From Vicinamibacterales bacterium (GTDB lineage Bacteria; Acidobacteriota; Vicinamibacteria; Vicinamibacterales; SCN-69-37), in contig JBDSZL010000087.1 in the NCBI GenBank assembly GCA_039925145.1, forward strand, positions 50,222 to 114,221: a stretch of 64,000 nt of DNA. Direction: 5' to 3'. The notes beneath the pieces were generated by a model. It saw only the letters and a list, made by a program, of their open reading frames with translations. It was not told the DNA's origin and did not search any database. The position numbers and the translations under genes were made by a program. Below are positions 1-8,686 of this stretch, in pieces (position 1 is the stretch's first letter; every line of letters begins with the position of its first letter).

Positions 1-1
1 G

Positions 2-391
2 GCGACGCCCAAGTTCAAGCGCCAGCTCGAGCTCGATCCGTATCCCACCCCGGCGTATCGAACGCTGTACCTCGGGGACGGCGGCATGGACCCGGAAAAG
101 ATCTACGTTTCGCCGAGCGAGTTCCTGACGCGGGGGCTCGAGCCGTTACGTGAGCGGACCGTGACGCATGTCGTCCTGAAGCAGTACAATGTTCAGGATC
201 CTGCCATGAGGCCCTTGCTGGAGGCGCTGCAGCGGGAGGGTCGACTGGTCGCTCGATTTTCGCCATATCGTCCGAACATCGTCTGGACCGAATTCGTCGC
301 CACCGCGCCGTTCGTTCACAACACGGATGCCCGTGTCGCACCGGCGCTCGAGCGGCCTGGCCCTATCATCGAAATCTGGACCATTCACTGA
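2..391 (+). CDS. 5'-truncated CDS; C-terminus of a hypothetical protein, possibly the soluble tail of a membrane glycosyltransferase
   Basis: Frame is open from the window edge (ATPKFKRQLELDPYP...GPIIEIWTIH); its TGA overlaps the next ATG (TGATG). Product is a guess from context. Confidence 0.55.
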   Translation, partial: ATPKFKRQLELDPYPTPAYRTLYLGDGGMDPEKIYVSPSEFLTRGLEPLRERTVTHVVLKQYNVQDPAMRPLLEALQREGRLVARFSPYRPNIVWTEFVATAPFVHNTDARVAPALERPGPIIEIWTIH

Positions 392-1617
392 TGTCTTTTT
401 CAGCACGGCTTCGGGAGTCCCTCGCCCGTCGCGTCCGCGGAGCGCCGTTTCTGACGAGCCTCATTGCCAAGCGGCGGAGGCACGTCTACGAGCGCCGGAT
501 CGCCGGTTTCCTGCAGGACAAGGACGGCCGGGCCGGCTCGCTCCCGGCCGGCGTGGTGTACGAAGCCACCATGCGGTGCAACCTGCACTGCGAGTTCTGC
601 TATGTGGGGACGCTGCTCAACATCGAGGGCGAGTGGCGGCAGGAACTGCCGCTCGACGTGCTGCGACGGGCCTTTCCGGAGCAGTCGGGTCTGAGTGTGA
701 GCCTCACCGGCGGCGAGATCTTCATGCGCAAGGACATCCTCGACGTCATGGATGTCTTCCGCGAGAAAGGGTACGTCTGCGGGTACCTGACGACCAACGG
801 GACCATCATCACGGACGAACGCGCCGAGGCGCTCGCGATGCTGGCCAGCCAAGGCTTTCTCAAGCACATCAGCGTGTCTATCGACGGACCGGGCGACCTG
901 CACGATCGGGCGCGGGGGGTGGCCGGCACCTTCGAGCGGACCGCCGCCGGTCTCAAGCGGCTGCAGCAGGCAGCGACGCGGCTGCACGCGCCGCTGCGCG
1001 TGAGCATCAACACCACGGTCGCGCACGAAACGCTCGAAGCGCTCAGCTCCATGGTGGATGTCGCCGCAGACCTCGGGGTGGATGCCATCGGGCTCAACCA
1101 CCTCATGTACAGCACGCCGGAAGAAGTGAACGAGACCGTTCGGCTCCTGGGCGAGACCGACGCGTCGACAATTTCTACGTTCGTCACCGAAGATCCAGGA
1201 CTTGATCCCGCACGGGTGCGACAGCAGGTGGACGCCCTGGCTGAGCGATGTCGCGAACGTGGTGTTCGCTTCGACATGCGACCGAAAGTGAAGTCGGGGT
1301 TGATCGAGCCGTACTACACGCCCGGTTCGAATCTGGCCGGCCGCTGTCTCTATCCATTTCTCTACGCGCGGGTGTCGTTCAGCGGCAAAGCGTACTTCTG
1401 TCCGTTCATCCGCATCGAGGTCGGCGACCTCACCACGCAGTCGCTCGAGGAGGTGTGGACGGGGGACCGTTACGTTTCGTTGAGGCGAACGCTGGTCGAG
1501 AATGGTATCTTTCCGGTCTGCCGGCGCTGCTGCAAGGTCGAGCTGGCGCCTGCGCCGGCTGGCGCGCTCGTGCCTATCGCCGAGGAGCCGCTGGCCGAGG
1601 CGGTACACGCGGTATGA
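391..1617 (+). CDS. Radical SAM protein with SPASM/twitch C-terminal domain
   Basis: CNLHCEFC motif, LTGGE, TTNG, VSIDG; C-terminal CLYPF...YFCPF...G...CRRCC cysteine pattern. Confidence 0.9.
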   Translation: MSFSARLRESLARRVRGAPFLTSLIAKRRRHVYERRIAGFLQDKDGRAGSLPAGVVYEATMRCNLHCEFCYVGTLLNIEGEWRQELPLDVLRRAFPEQSGLSVSLTGGEIFMRKDILDVMDVFREKGYVCGYLTTNGTIITDERAEALAMLASQGFLKHISVSIDGPGDLHDRARGVAGTFERTAAGLKRLQQAATRLHAPLRVSINTTVAHETLEALSSMVDVAADLGVDAIGLNHLMYSTPEEVNETVRLLGETDASTISTFVTEDPGLDPARVRQQVDALAERCRERGVRFDMRPKVKSGLIEPYYTPGSNLAGRCLYPFLYARVSFSGKAYFCPFIRIEVGDLTTQSLEEVWTGDRYVSLRRTLVENGIFPVCRRCCKVELAPAPAGALVPIAEEPLAEAVHAV

Positions 1618-3122
1618 GCCCTATAGGTCCATTGATGGTTGGTGCGAAAACCCTGTTCGTGAATCCGCCTCTGGTCGGGGGCATCGCTTTTACGCGGCAG
1701 GGGCGCTGCCAGGAGCGCGAAGAAGTGCTTGGGACCACCAAGCCGCCCTACACGCTGGCCCTCGGCGCGGCCCTGCTGCGTGACCGGGGCTGCGAGGTCC
1801 GGCTCGTCGATCTCACCGCGACGCAGCAGTCCGTGGCCAGCCTCATCGCACGGCTCGACGGCGAAGGCTTTCATCCGACGCTGATCGTGTTTCCCAGTAC
1901 CACCCCGACTATCGAAGCAGACGCCATCGCGATGGCTGCCTTGAAGGCGCACTATCACGCGCCGCTTTTCTGTTTCGGCCCCCAGGCCTCGTGTTCACCG
2001 CTCGAGTCGATGCAGCGCGCACCGGCGGTCGATGGCATGCTCGTCGGCGAACCTGAAGATGGGCTGCTGGCGCTGGCGGCGCTCGATTCGCTCGATCGCC
2101 TCGCGGAGATTCCGTCGCTGACATTCCGACGTGCGGGCGAAGTCGTCCCTCCCCGCGGAGAAGGCGGCTTTACGGGCTTTCTCGACGCGCCGTATCCGGC
2201 CTGGGATCTGCTCGACCTCTCCGTGTACCGGCTGCCGCTCGTCAACCAGTCGTACGTGCTGGTCGAGACGTCGCGGGGATGCCCGTATTCCTGCGACTTC
2301 TGCGTGGCCCCCATTCATCAGGGGCATAAGTTCCGGGAGAAGAGCGCGAAAGCACTGGTCGATGAGATCGAACGCGGCTACCGGGAGTTCGGCCTCACCT
2401 TCTTCTACCTCTGGGGCGATACCGTCACGCTCAACGTGAAGACCTTCAGCGCATTCTGCGAGGAGCTGATCGCCCGCAACCTTCCGGTGCAATGGTTCGG
2501 TAACGCGCGCGCCGACAACTTGACCGACGAGGCGTTCGTGCGTCGCCTCCGGCAAGCCGGTTGCTGGATGCTGGCGCTCGGCATCGAGACCGAGTCAGAA
2601 GAGACCCGCAAGGACATGATGAAGCGTCTCGATGGCCAGAAGATTCGCACGGCGCTGAAGAACATGCGCGCCGCGGGCATCCGGTCGTTCGGGTTCTTCA
2701 TTCTGGGCTACCCCGGCGACACGCCGGCGTCATTGAATCGGACGATCGACTACGCGATCGAGCTCGACCCCGATTTCGCGAACTTCTATCCGGCCGTGCC
2801 CTATCCGGGCACGGACCTCTACGCGAAGGCCAAGCGCGACGGACTGCTCACGAGCGAAGACTGGACGAGAATGGAGTACTCCTATTACCTGCTCTCCGGC
2901 AACGGGCTGAACGAGCAACTGGTGATGGGGGCGATCAGCCAGGCCAAGCGCCGTTTCTATCTGCGGCCCGGCTATGTGGCCCGCCATCTCGGCGACATTC
3001 TCAAACTCGCCACGTCCAAATGGACGCTGGCCTGGCACGTGGGGTCACGAGTTGTATTCGGCACGAAGGTGACCGATCCGGCGCCGCCCCAGGGAGCCAC
3101 CGTCCGTCAGCGCGCAGCCTGA
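1614..3122 (+). CDS. B12-binding-domain radical SAM protein (HpnJ-like or class B)
   Basis: N-terminal NPP...PPYTLA and GEPE cobalamin-binding-type region; SRGCPYSCDFC; GIET; PYPGT. ATG at 1614 overlaps the upstream stop (ATGA). Confidence 0.9.
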   Translation: MSPIGPLMVGAKTLFVNPPLVGGIAFTRQGRCQEREEVLGTTKPPYTLALGAALLRDRGCEVRLVDLTATQQSVASLIARLDGEGFHPTLIVFPSTTPTIEADAIAMAALKAHYHAPLFCFGPQASCSPLESMQRAPAVDGMLVGEPEDGLLALAALDSLDRLAEIPSLTFRRAGEVVPPRGEGGFTGFLDAPYPAWDLLDLSVYRLPLVNQSYVLVETSRGCPYSCDFCVAPIHQGHKFREKSAKALVDEIERGYREFGLTFFYLWGDTVTLNVKTFSAFCEELIARNLPVQWFGNARADNLTDEAFVRRLRQAGCWMLALGIETESEETRKDMMKRLDGQKIRTALKNMRAAGIRSFGFFILGYPGDTPASLNRTIDYAIELDPDFANFYPAVPYPGTDLYAKAKRDGLLTSEDWTRMEYSYYLLSGNGLNEQLVMGAISQAKRRFYLRPGYVARHLGDILKLATSKWTLAWHVGSRVVFGTKVTDPAPPQGATVRQRAA

Positions 3123-3877
3123 ACCGTCTGCTGGACCTCGGCCGCGCTCAGCTGCCGATAGATCTTTCGCGGGCCGCGCTGTTTGACCGTGTAGAGATCC
3201 TTGAGCTGCACGAGGTATCCAGCGGCCTCCCGCATGCTCATCTTGCTTTCCCCGAGCTCCCGGTCATCGAAGCGGTAAGGAATCTCGACGAGCCGCACCG
3301 CCGTGCCCCGGACAATCAGCTCGAGGCAGATCTTGAAACCGCCCGCTTTAATCTCCACGCCCCGGGCTATCGAGCGCCGAATCAGGAAGAAACCCGACGC
3401 CGCGTCCCTGATCGGGGAGAGCGGCCTCGCGAGCAGGCAGCCGATTCTCGACAGCAGCCGCCGCTTGAATGGCCAGTTGGGCGTGCTGCCGCCCGGAACG
3501 TACCGGCTGGCGACGAGTACGTCAGCCTGTGTCGCTCGAAACACGGCCAGCATGTCTGGCACCAGCCGGGGCGGATGACTGAAATCCGCGTCCATCACGC
3601 CGAGCACGTCGGCCGACGCAACAGCGAACCCCGCAACGACAGCTGTGCCGAGGCCCAGTTTGCCCGCGCGGTGGACCACATGCATCCGATACGTGCGGGC
3701 GAGCTCGTCGGCAAGAGCGCCTGTGCCATCGGGCGAGTTATCGTCGACGACGACCAGCTCCAGCTCGATGCCGGCGGCGGTGGTGGCCTCGAAGAGCGCG
3801 CGCACCAGCTCCTGAATGCCGTCACGTTCGTTGTACGTGGGCACCACGATGGTCAGCTCCGCCGGACGGTTGAGCAT
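3107..3877 (-). CDS. Polyprenol monophosphomannose synthase-like GT2 (DPM1 family)
   Basis: VVPTYNE, VDDNSPDGT, KLGLGTA, MDADFSHPP, SRYVPGG, GESKM. Confidence 0.9.
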   Translation of the reverse strand: MLNRPAELTIVVPTYNERDGIQELVRALFEATTAAGIELELVVVDDNSPDGTGALADELARTYRMHVVHRAGKLGLGTAVVAGFAVASADVLGVMDADFSHPPRLVPDMLAVFRATQADVLVASRYVPGGSTPNWPFKRRLLSRIGCLLARPLSPIRDAASGFFLIRRSIARGVEIKAGGFKICLELIVRGTAVRLVEIPYRFDDRELGESKMSMREAAGYLVQLKDLYTVKQRGPRKIYRQLSAAEVQQTVQAAR

Positions 3878-3885
3878 AGGTGAGC

Positions 3886-3893
3886 ACTATAAT
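3886..3893. promoter_or_regulatory. Overlapping bidirectional -10 elements
   Basis: ACTATAAT gives TATAAT on + (3888-3893) and TATAGT on - (3886-3891), between divergent genes. Confidence 0.5.
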
Positions 3894-3991
3894 TCACGTC
3901 ATCGCCAGCACATGAGGCTCGTCTCACGTCAAACTGCCAATCGATCGCGTCCGAGGCTGGTGCCGGGTCGGCGGCGCCCCGGCGGTTCCTG

Positions 3992-5779
3992 ATGCGCCGG
4001 TCCGCATTCGTCGTCGCACTCCTGGCCGCGTTCGCTGTGGCCCTCACCCTGCGAACGTTGTGGCTCCGGTCCGATCCGCCGGTCATGGACCCGGTTGGCA
4101 TCGTGTGGCATGACGAAGGCGCCTGGACGCACAACGCCCGCAACCGCGCGCTGTGGGGCACATGGCGCACCGACGAATGGAATCCGGTGTTTCTCACGCC
4201 GGTCTTCACGGCGCTCGAATACGCATCGTTCGAGTCGTTTGGTGTCGGCACCTGGCAGGCTCGGGTCGTCCCTGTCGCATCGGGCCTGCTGGCGCTCGGC
4301 GCGCTGGTCGCGGGTCTGCTCAGCCTCGCGGGCCGGAGAGCGGCGCTCACCGGCGCGATTCTCCTCGGCACGAGCTACGAGTTCGTCATGTGGAATCGCG
4401 CGGCGCTGATGGAATCCACGCTGACAGCGCTGTTGGTGTGTGCGTGGGCCGCCTACGCCGCCGGCGAGAAGCGACAGTCCTGGGGTCTCGTTGCCGGCCT
4501 CGCCGCGACACTCGCGTGGTTCACCAAGGCATCGGCTGCATTTTTCCTCGCGGCGTTGACGCTCGACAGTCTCATGACCCTTGCCCGGGCGCACCGCAAC
4601 AGGCCCTCCGCGCGCGGCGATGCACGTGAGGCGGCCGAGACCGTGATCGTGCTGCCGCCGATGACGCCGCCGCAACTCGCCTACAACACGCTCGCCGCGC
4701 TTGGCCTCTCGGTACTCATCATCGGGCTGCTGTTCGTCCTCCCACATTGGCGGGAGTACGAGTTCTACAACTGGCAGATGAGCGTGACGCGCAAGCCGGG
4801 CTACAGTCTCAAGGATTTCCAGGATCGCATCTCGTGGCTGCCGCTCGTGCACGGGGCATTCAGCCGCATGGTGCTCGTGACCGTGTGCGGATGTGCCGGG
4901 TTGCTCGCCGTGCTTCATCGATGGCGACACCGAGCGGCAGGAGAGCGGCTGCTCGTGCTGTGGATCGCGTTGGGGCTACTCGAGCTCGTGGTCCACGACT
5001 CCGGCAACGAGCGGCGTTACGTGATGCTCATTCCGGCCCTCGTCGCGCTCGCGTCGATGTTCCTGACGCGCGCGAGCACGGGCGCCAGCGTTGGCCATCC
5101 AGTCGCATCCTCCGGGGGCGCGGCCGCCCGCGGCCTTGCCGTATTTGTCCCGGTGCTGGCTGTCGGCTATCTGGTCGCCGGCACGCTGATGCGGCCGCTG
5201 TTTCTCGCGGACATCGAGAGCGGGATGATGCGCACGGTCGTGAGGCTTTCCGCCGCGGCAGCCGTTGTCGTGGCGTTGGCGGCCGTGCGTTGGCGGCGGA
5301 CGCTCGCGCACGCGCTCGAGACATGGCAGGCACCGCCAGCCCTGCTGGCAGCGGTGGTGGTCATCACCGTCGGTTGGAATGGCGCGGAGTACATCACCTG
5401 GGTCCGGCATCGCGCCCAGACCAATTTCGAAGCGTCGGTGGCGCTCGGACGCGTACTCCCTGCGGAGACGCTCGTTCAGGGCAAGCTCGCCAACGGCCTC
5501 TCGCTCGAGAACCGGATCCGCCCGCTCTTCGTCGGCAACGGCTTTGGCAACTACGCCGATCGCCTGCGACGCGACGACGCGCGCTATATACTGACCTACG
5601 ATTTGCCGCGGATTGGCTACGAAAGCTCGGACGGTTCGGGCCTGATTCAAGGCATTCTCGACCGGTATCCCCGGCACCGCTCCGTCGCCGCGTTCGTCGT
5701 CGACGAAACCCCCGAGCCCGATCGCGCGGTGCTCATCGACAAGAGTCCAGACAGTCCCCAGCCGCATGCGCGAGATTGA
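3992..5779 (+). CDS. GT-C fold membrane glycosyltransferase (ArnT/PMT, GT39/83-like)
   Basis: WHDEG acidic motif after TM1, P...GVGTWQAR, many TM helices, FTK, ERRY, soluble C-terminal domain. Confidence 0.8.
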   Translation: MRRSAFVVALLAAFAVALTLRTLWLRSDPPVMDPVGIVWHDEGAWTHNARNRALWGTWRTDEWNPVFLTPVFTALEYASFESFGVGTWQARVVPVASGLLALGALVAGLLSLAGRRAALTGAILLGTSYEFVMWNRAALMESTLTALLVCAWAAYAAGEKRQSWGLVAGLAATLAWFTKASAAFFLAALTLDSLMTLARAHRNRPSARGDAREAAETVIVLPPMTPPQLAYNTLAALGLSVLIIGLLFVLPHWREYEFYNWQMSVTRKPGYSLKDFQDRISWLPLVHGAFSRMVLVTVCGCAGLLAVLHRWRHRAAGERLLVLWIALGLLELVVHDSGNERRYVMLIPALVALASMFLTRASTGASVGHPVASSGGAAARGLAVFVPVLAVGYLVAGTLMRPLFLADIESGMMRTVVRLSAAAAVVVALAAVRWRRTLAHALETWQAPPALLAAVVVITVGWNGAEYITWVRHRAQTNFEASVALGRVLPAETLVQGKLANGLSLENRIRPLFVGNGFGNYADRLRRDDARYILTYDLPRIGYESSDGSGLIQGILDRYPRHRSVAAFVVDETPEPDRAVLIDKSPDSPQPHARD

Positions 5780-6602
5780 CGCCGAGCTGATCAAGCGGCA
5801 CGCGGACAGCAGGTTCCGTTCCGAATACGACTACGCGCTCTTCGAGTACTACCGGAGCGCGAAGGTGATTGCGTTCCTCGATCGCGCCGGGGTCGCCGTG
5901 CGAGGCCGCGTGCTCGACGCCGGCTGCGGCGGCGGGGGGATGCCGCTGTCACTCGCGGAACACGCGCAACAGGTCGTCGGCATCGATCCCATCGACAGGT
6001 TCGGACAGGCCGGCGTCATGCTGGGGCGCGAGCGTGGCCTCGCCAACCTTTCGTTTGCACGGGCAGACGGAATGGCCCTGCCGTTCCGGCCGGGATCGTT
6101 CGACCTCGTGCTCTCACACGCGGTGATCGAACATGTGCCCGACGCCGCACTCTACCTGCGTGAATGCCGGCGCGTGTTGGCGCCGCAGGGCCATTGTTAT
6201 CTGTCCACCGCGCCCTATCTGTCGTTCGCCGGGGCACACCTGCCACGGCTGCGCCTACCTGTCCCGTTGCACCTCATCGTGGGACGCGCGGTGGCGTTCC
6301 GGACCTTTCGCATGCTGGCACGTCACGCTCCCTGGACGCTGCGCGAGCCTGCTCATGAGAACTCGTTCATCCGTGACGCCCGCTGCGGCATCGTGAAGCA
6401 CGACGATCTGCTCGAGAAGGTCCGCGTCACACGTCTGCGCGCTCAAATCGCACAGGCCGGACTGCGGGTCGTGCGCGAAGAACTGCACGCCACATCCACC
6501 GTGCGGCGGCTGCCGACCCCGCTCGGGAACTGGCTGCGCAACAGCCCGCTGACTCAGGACGCACTCATCAGTAATATCGAGTACGTTCTGGGTGTCGCCT
6601 GA
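5766..6602 (+). CDS. Class I SAM-dependent methyltransferase
   Basis: VLDAGCGGG, ADGMALPF, FDLVLSHAVIEHV, RVLAPQG. Confidence 0.9.
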   Translation: MREIDAELIKRHADSRFRSEYDYALFEYYRSAKVIAFLDRAGVAVRGRVLDAGCGGGGMPLSLAEHAQQVVGIDPIDRFGQAGVMLGRERGLANLSFARADGMALPFRPGSFDLVLSHAVIEHVPDAALYLRECRRVLAPQGHCYLSTAPYLSFAGAHLPRLRLPVPLHLIVGRAVAFRTFRMLARHAPWTLREPAHENSFIRDARCGIVKHDDLLEKVRVTRLRAQIAQAGLRVVREELHATSTVRRLPTPLGNWLRNSPLTQDALISNIEYVLGVA

Positions 6603-6632
6603 GACTCGGCGGCTGACCGCGCGCAACGACAC

Positions 6633-7676
6633 ATGGCTGATATCGATCGATACCGCTCCGAGGACCGACGGCAGGTGGAGGCGCTCTACCGCCGGGTCTT
6701 CGGTCCTGACGCGGCCGAGGCAAACCGGCTGCGCTGGGATTGGCAGTACCGCCGCAATCCGCATGTGCCGGCCGATGGACCTTTGATCTGGCTCGCGCGC
6801 GAAGGCAGCACCATCATCGGGCAGTACGCCACGATGCCCGTGAAGCTCTCCGTGGCGGGCAACGAAATCCCTGCGTCGTGGGGCACCGACGTCATGGTTG
6901 CTCCAGAGCGTCAGCGGCAGGGTCTCGGCGACATGCTGTTCCGGACGTGGGAGCGGAGCACCGGGGCGGCCCTGGGTCTGGGGCTGTCGGAGTCGTCACA
7001 CCGGCTCTTTCAGAAGATGAATTGGCCCGACGTGGGCCCGGTGCCCTGCCTGGTCAAACCGCTGAGCCGCCGCGCGCTGCGCAGGCCCACGTGGCCGCTC
7101 GCCGTCAATCGGTTCGTGTCGTACGTGACGTTGCCGTGGGTGCGACTCGTGTCCAGAAGCCGCCCGCTCAAGGGCGAGATCCAGGTCATTCGGCATTTCG
7201 ACGAAAGCTTCACGCGTCTGTGGGAGCGCGTGCGCGGCGAATTTGCCTTTGCCGTGCGGCGCGACGCGGCCTACCTCAACTGGAAGTACATCCAGGCTCC
7301 CCACGTCCGCTATATCGCAGCTGCGCTGATGCGCGATGGCGAAGCCGCCGGATATGCCGTCTACCGGCATGCGCGCGAACCAAGGGGCCGCGTCACCCTG
7401 CTCGTCGATTTCCTCACGGCGCCTGATGACGCCGCCGGGTTTCTGACGTTGCTCCGCTGGGTGGATCGGGAGGCGCGCGCGGAGGACTCCGACAAGATCC
7501 GCACGTTTGCGGTCAACGATGTCTTTCGCAAGCTCCTCAAGAAATCCGGGTACTACTCGGTGAAGTCGACGATGGACTTCGTGGTGAGGATCAGCGCAGT
7601 GCCCGTGCCCGGCGAGTTCTACAAGAGCACAGGGAACTGGCACGTGACCCTTGGCGACTCCGACCAGGATCGATGA
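6633..7676 (+). CDS. GNAT-family acyltransferase (probably two GNAT-like domains)
   Basis: DVMVAPERQRQGLG acyl-CoA motif A; WQY..NP and RDAAYLNWKY repeats. Confidence 0.8.
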   Translation: MADIDRYRSEDRRQVEALYRRVFGPDAAEANRLRWDWQYRRNPHVPADGPLIWLAREGSTIIGQYATMPVKLSVAGNEIPASWGTDVMVAPERQRQGLGDMLFRTWERSTGAALGLGLSESSHRLFQKMNWPDVGPVPCLVKPLSRRALRRPTWPLAVNRFVSYVTLPWVRLVSRSRPLKGEIQVIRHFDESFTRLWERVRGEFAFAVRRDAAYLNWKYIQAPHVRYIAAALMRDGEAAGYAVYRHAREPRGRVTLLVDFLTAPDDAAGFLTLLRWVDREARAEDSDKIRTFAVNDVFRKLLKKSGYYSVKSTMDFVVRISAVPVPGEFYKSTGNWHVTLGDSDQDR

Positions 7677-8677
7677 GCGCCTCGGTCGCGCCCGCGTTGA
7701 TCGTCGCCATCGACACCGAGGGCGACAACCAGTGGGACCCGGCCGCGCGCCGGCGCCAGACGTTCGCCAACGTCCACGCACTCGATCGGCTGCATGAGTT
7801 CTTCGCTCGTCACGACGTGCGGCCCACGTATGTCGTCACCCATCCGGTCTCGGAAGACGCCCGCTCCGCAGGCGTCCTCAGACATTTGCTCAGCCTGGGC
7901 GGCTGCGAAATTGGCGCGCATCACCACGCGTGGGAGACGCCGCCGTTCGAGCCAGGCGATGTCGACCGACATCCGTACGCGCTCTCATTGCCGCACGCGC
8001 AGTTCGAGGCACAGATCGAGGCGCTCACGGCGTCCATTCACAGAAATATCGGAGTGCGGCCCCTTTCCTATCGATCGGGACGATTCGGCTTCTCGGCCAG
8101 CCACGTCTCGGCGCTGGAGCGGCTCGGCTACCGGGTCGACTCGAGCGTCACGCCGCTGTTCTACGAGGCCCACAAAGGAGGACCCGACTTCGTCAGGGCA
8201 CCACTCACGCCGTACTTTCTGGCGTACGACGATGCGACGAGGCCGGGAACCAGTGCCGTGCTCGAGGTGCCCGTCTCGGCCGCGCTCAGCCGGCGGGTGC
8301 CGGCGTGGATGGAGCGGTGCTACGGCCATCTGCCCCGGCCGTACACCACCAAGCGGCTGCTGCGGCTCGCAAGAATCGCAGAAGTGCGCTGGCTGCGCCC
8401 GTCGTACAGCTCGGCGGCCGACATGATCGCGCTCGCCAGGCAACTCGTCGACCGTCATGTCCCGCTGCTGAACGTCATCTTTCATTCGAGCGAAGCCATC
8501 GTCGGCGGCAGCCCGTACAACAGGAGCGAGGCCGAGCTCGCGGCGTTCTTCGAGCGGTTGTCCCAGCTTCTGCGGTTCAGCCTCAAAGAGCTCGGGGCGA
8601 GGCCGCAGACACTCACCGAGTTCCATGACGGCTACGTGCATCGGCCCGGCTCGGCGCCGGGCCCCGCGGCGGGATAG
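7673..8677 (+). CDS. Polysaccharide deacetylase-like protein (CE4/WalW-like)
   Basis: IDTEGD, EIGAHHHAW, SYRSGRFG, VDSSV, FHSSE. Confidence 0.8.
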   Translation: MSASVAPALIVAIDTEGDNQWDPAARRRQTFANVHALDRLHEFFARHDVRPTYVVTHPVSEDARSAGVLRHLLSLGGCEIGAHHHAWETPPFEPGDVDRHPYALSLPHAQFEAQIEALTASIHRNIGVRPLSYRSGRFGFSASHVSALERLGYRVDSSVTPLFYEAHKGGPDFVRAPLTPYFLAYDDATRPGTSAVLEVPVSAALSRRVPAWMERCYGHLPRPYTTKRLLRLARIAEVRWLRPSYSSAADMIALARQLVDRHVPLLNVIFHSSEAIVGGSPYNRSEAELAAFFERLSQLLRFSLKELGARPQTLTEFHDGYVHRPGSAPGPAAG

Positions 8678-8686
8678 CGGCCGCTG

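Noticed and set aside
1248-1613. N-terminal extension of the B12 radical SAM ORF
   Set aside because: It overlaps the upstream radical SAM gene; the ATGA-coupled start at 1614 is more plausible
3912-3992. 26-aa uORF (MRLVSRQTANRSRPRLVPGRRRPGGS) whose TGA overlaps the GT-C start; considered as a radical SAM precursor or leader
   Set aside because: No SD, no precursor-like residues, and composition typical of non-coding GC-rich DNA
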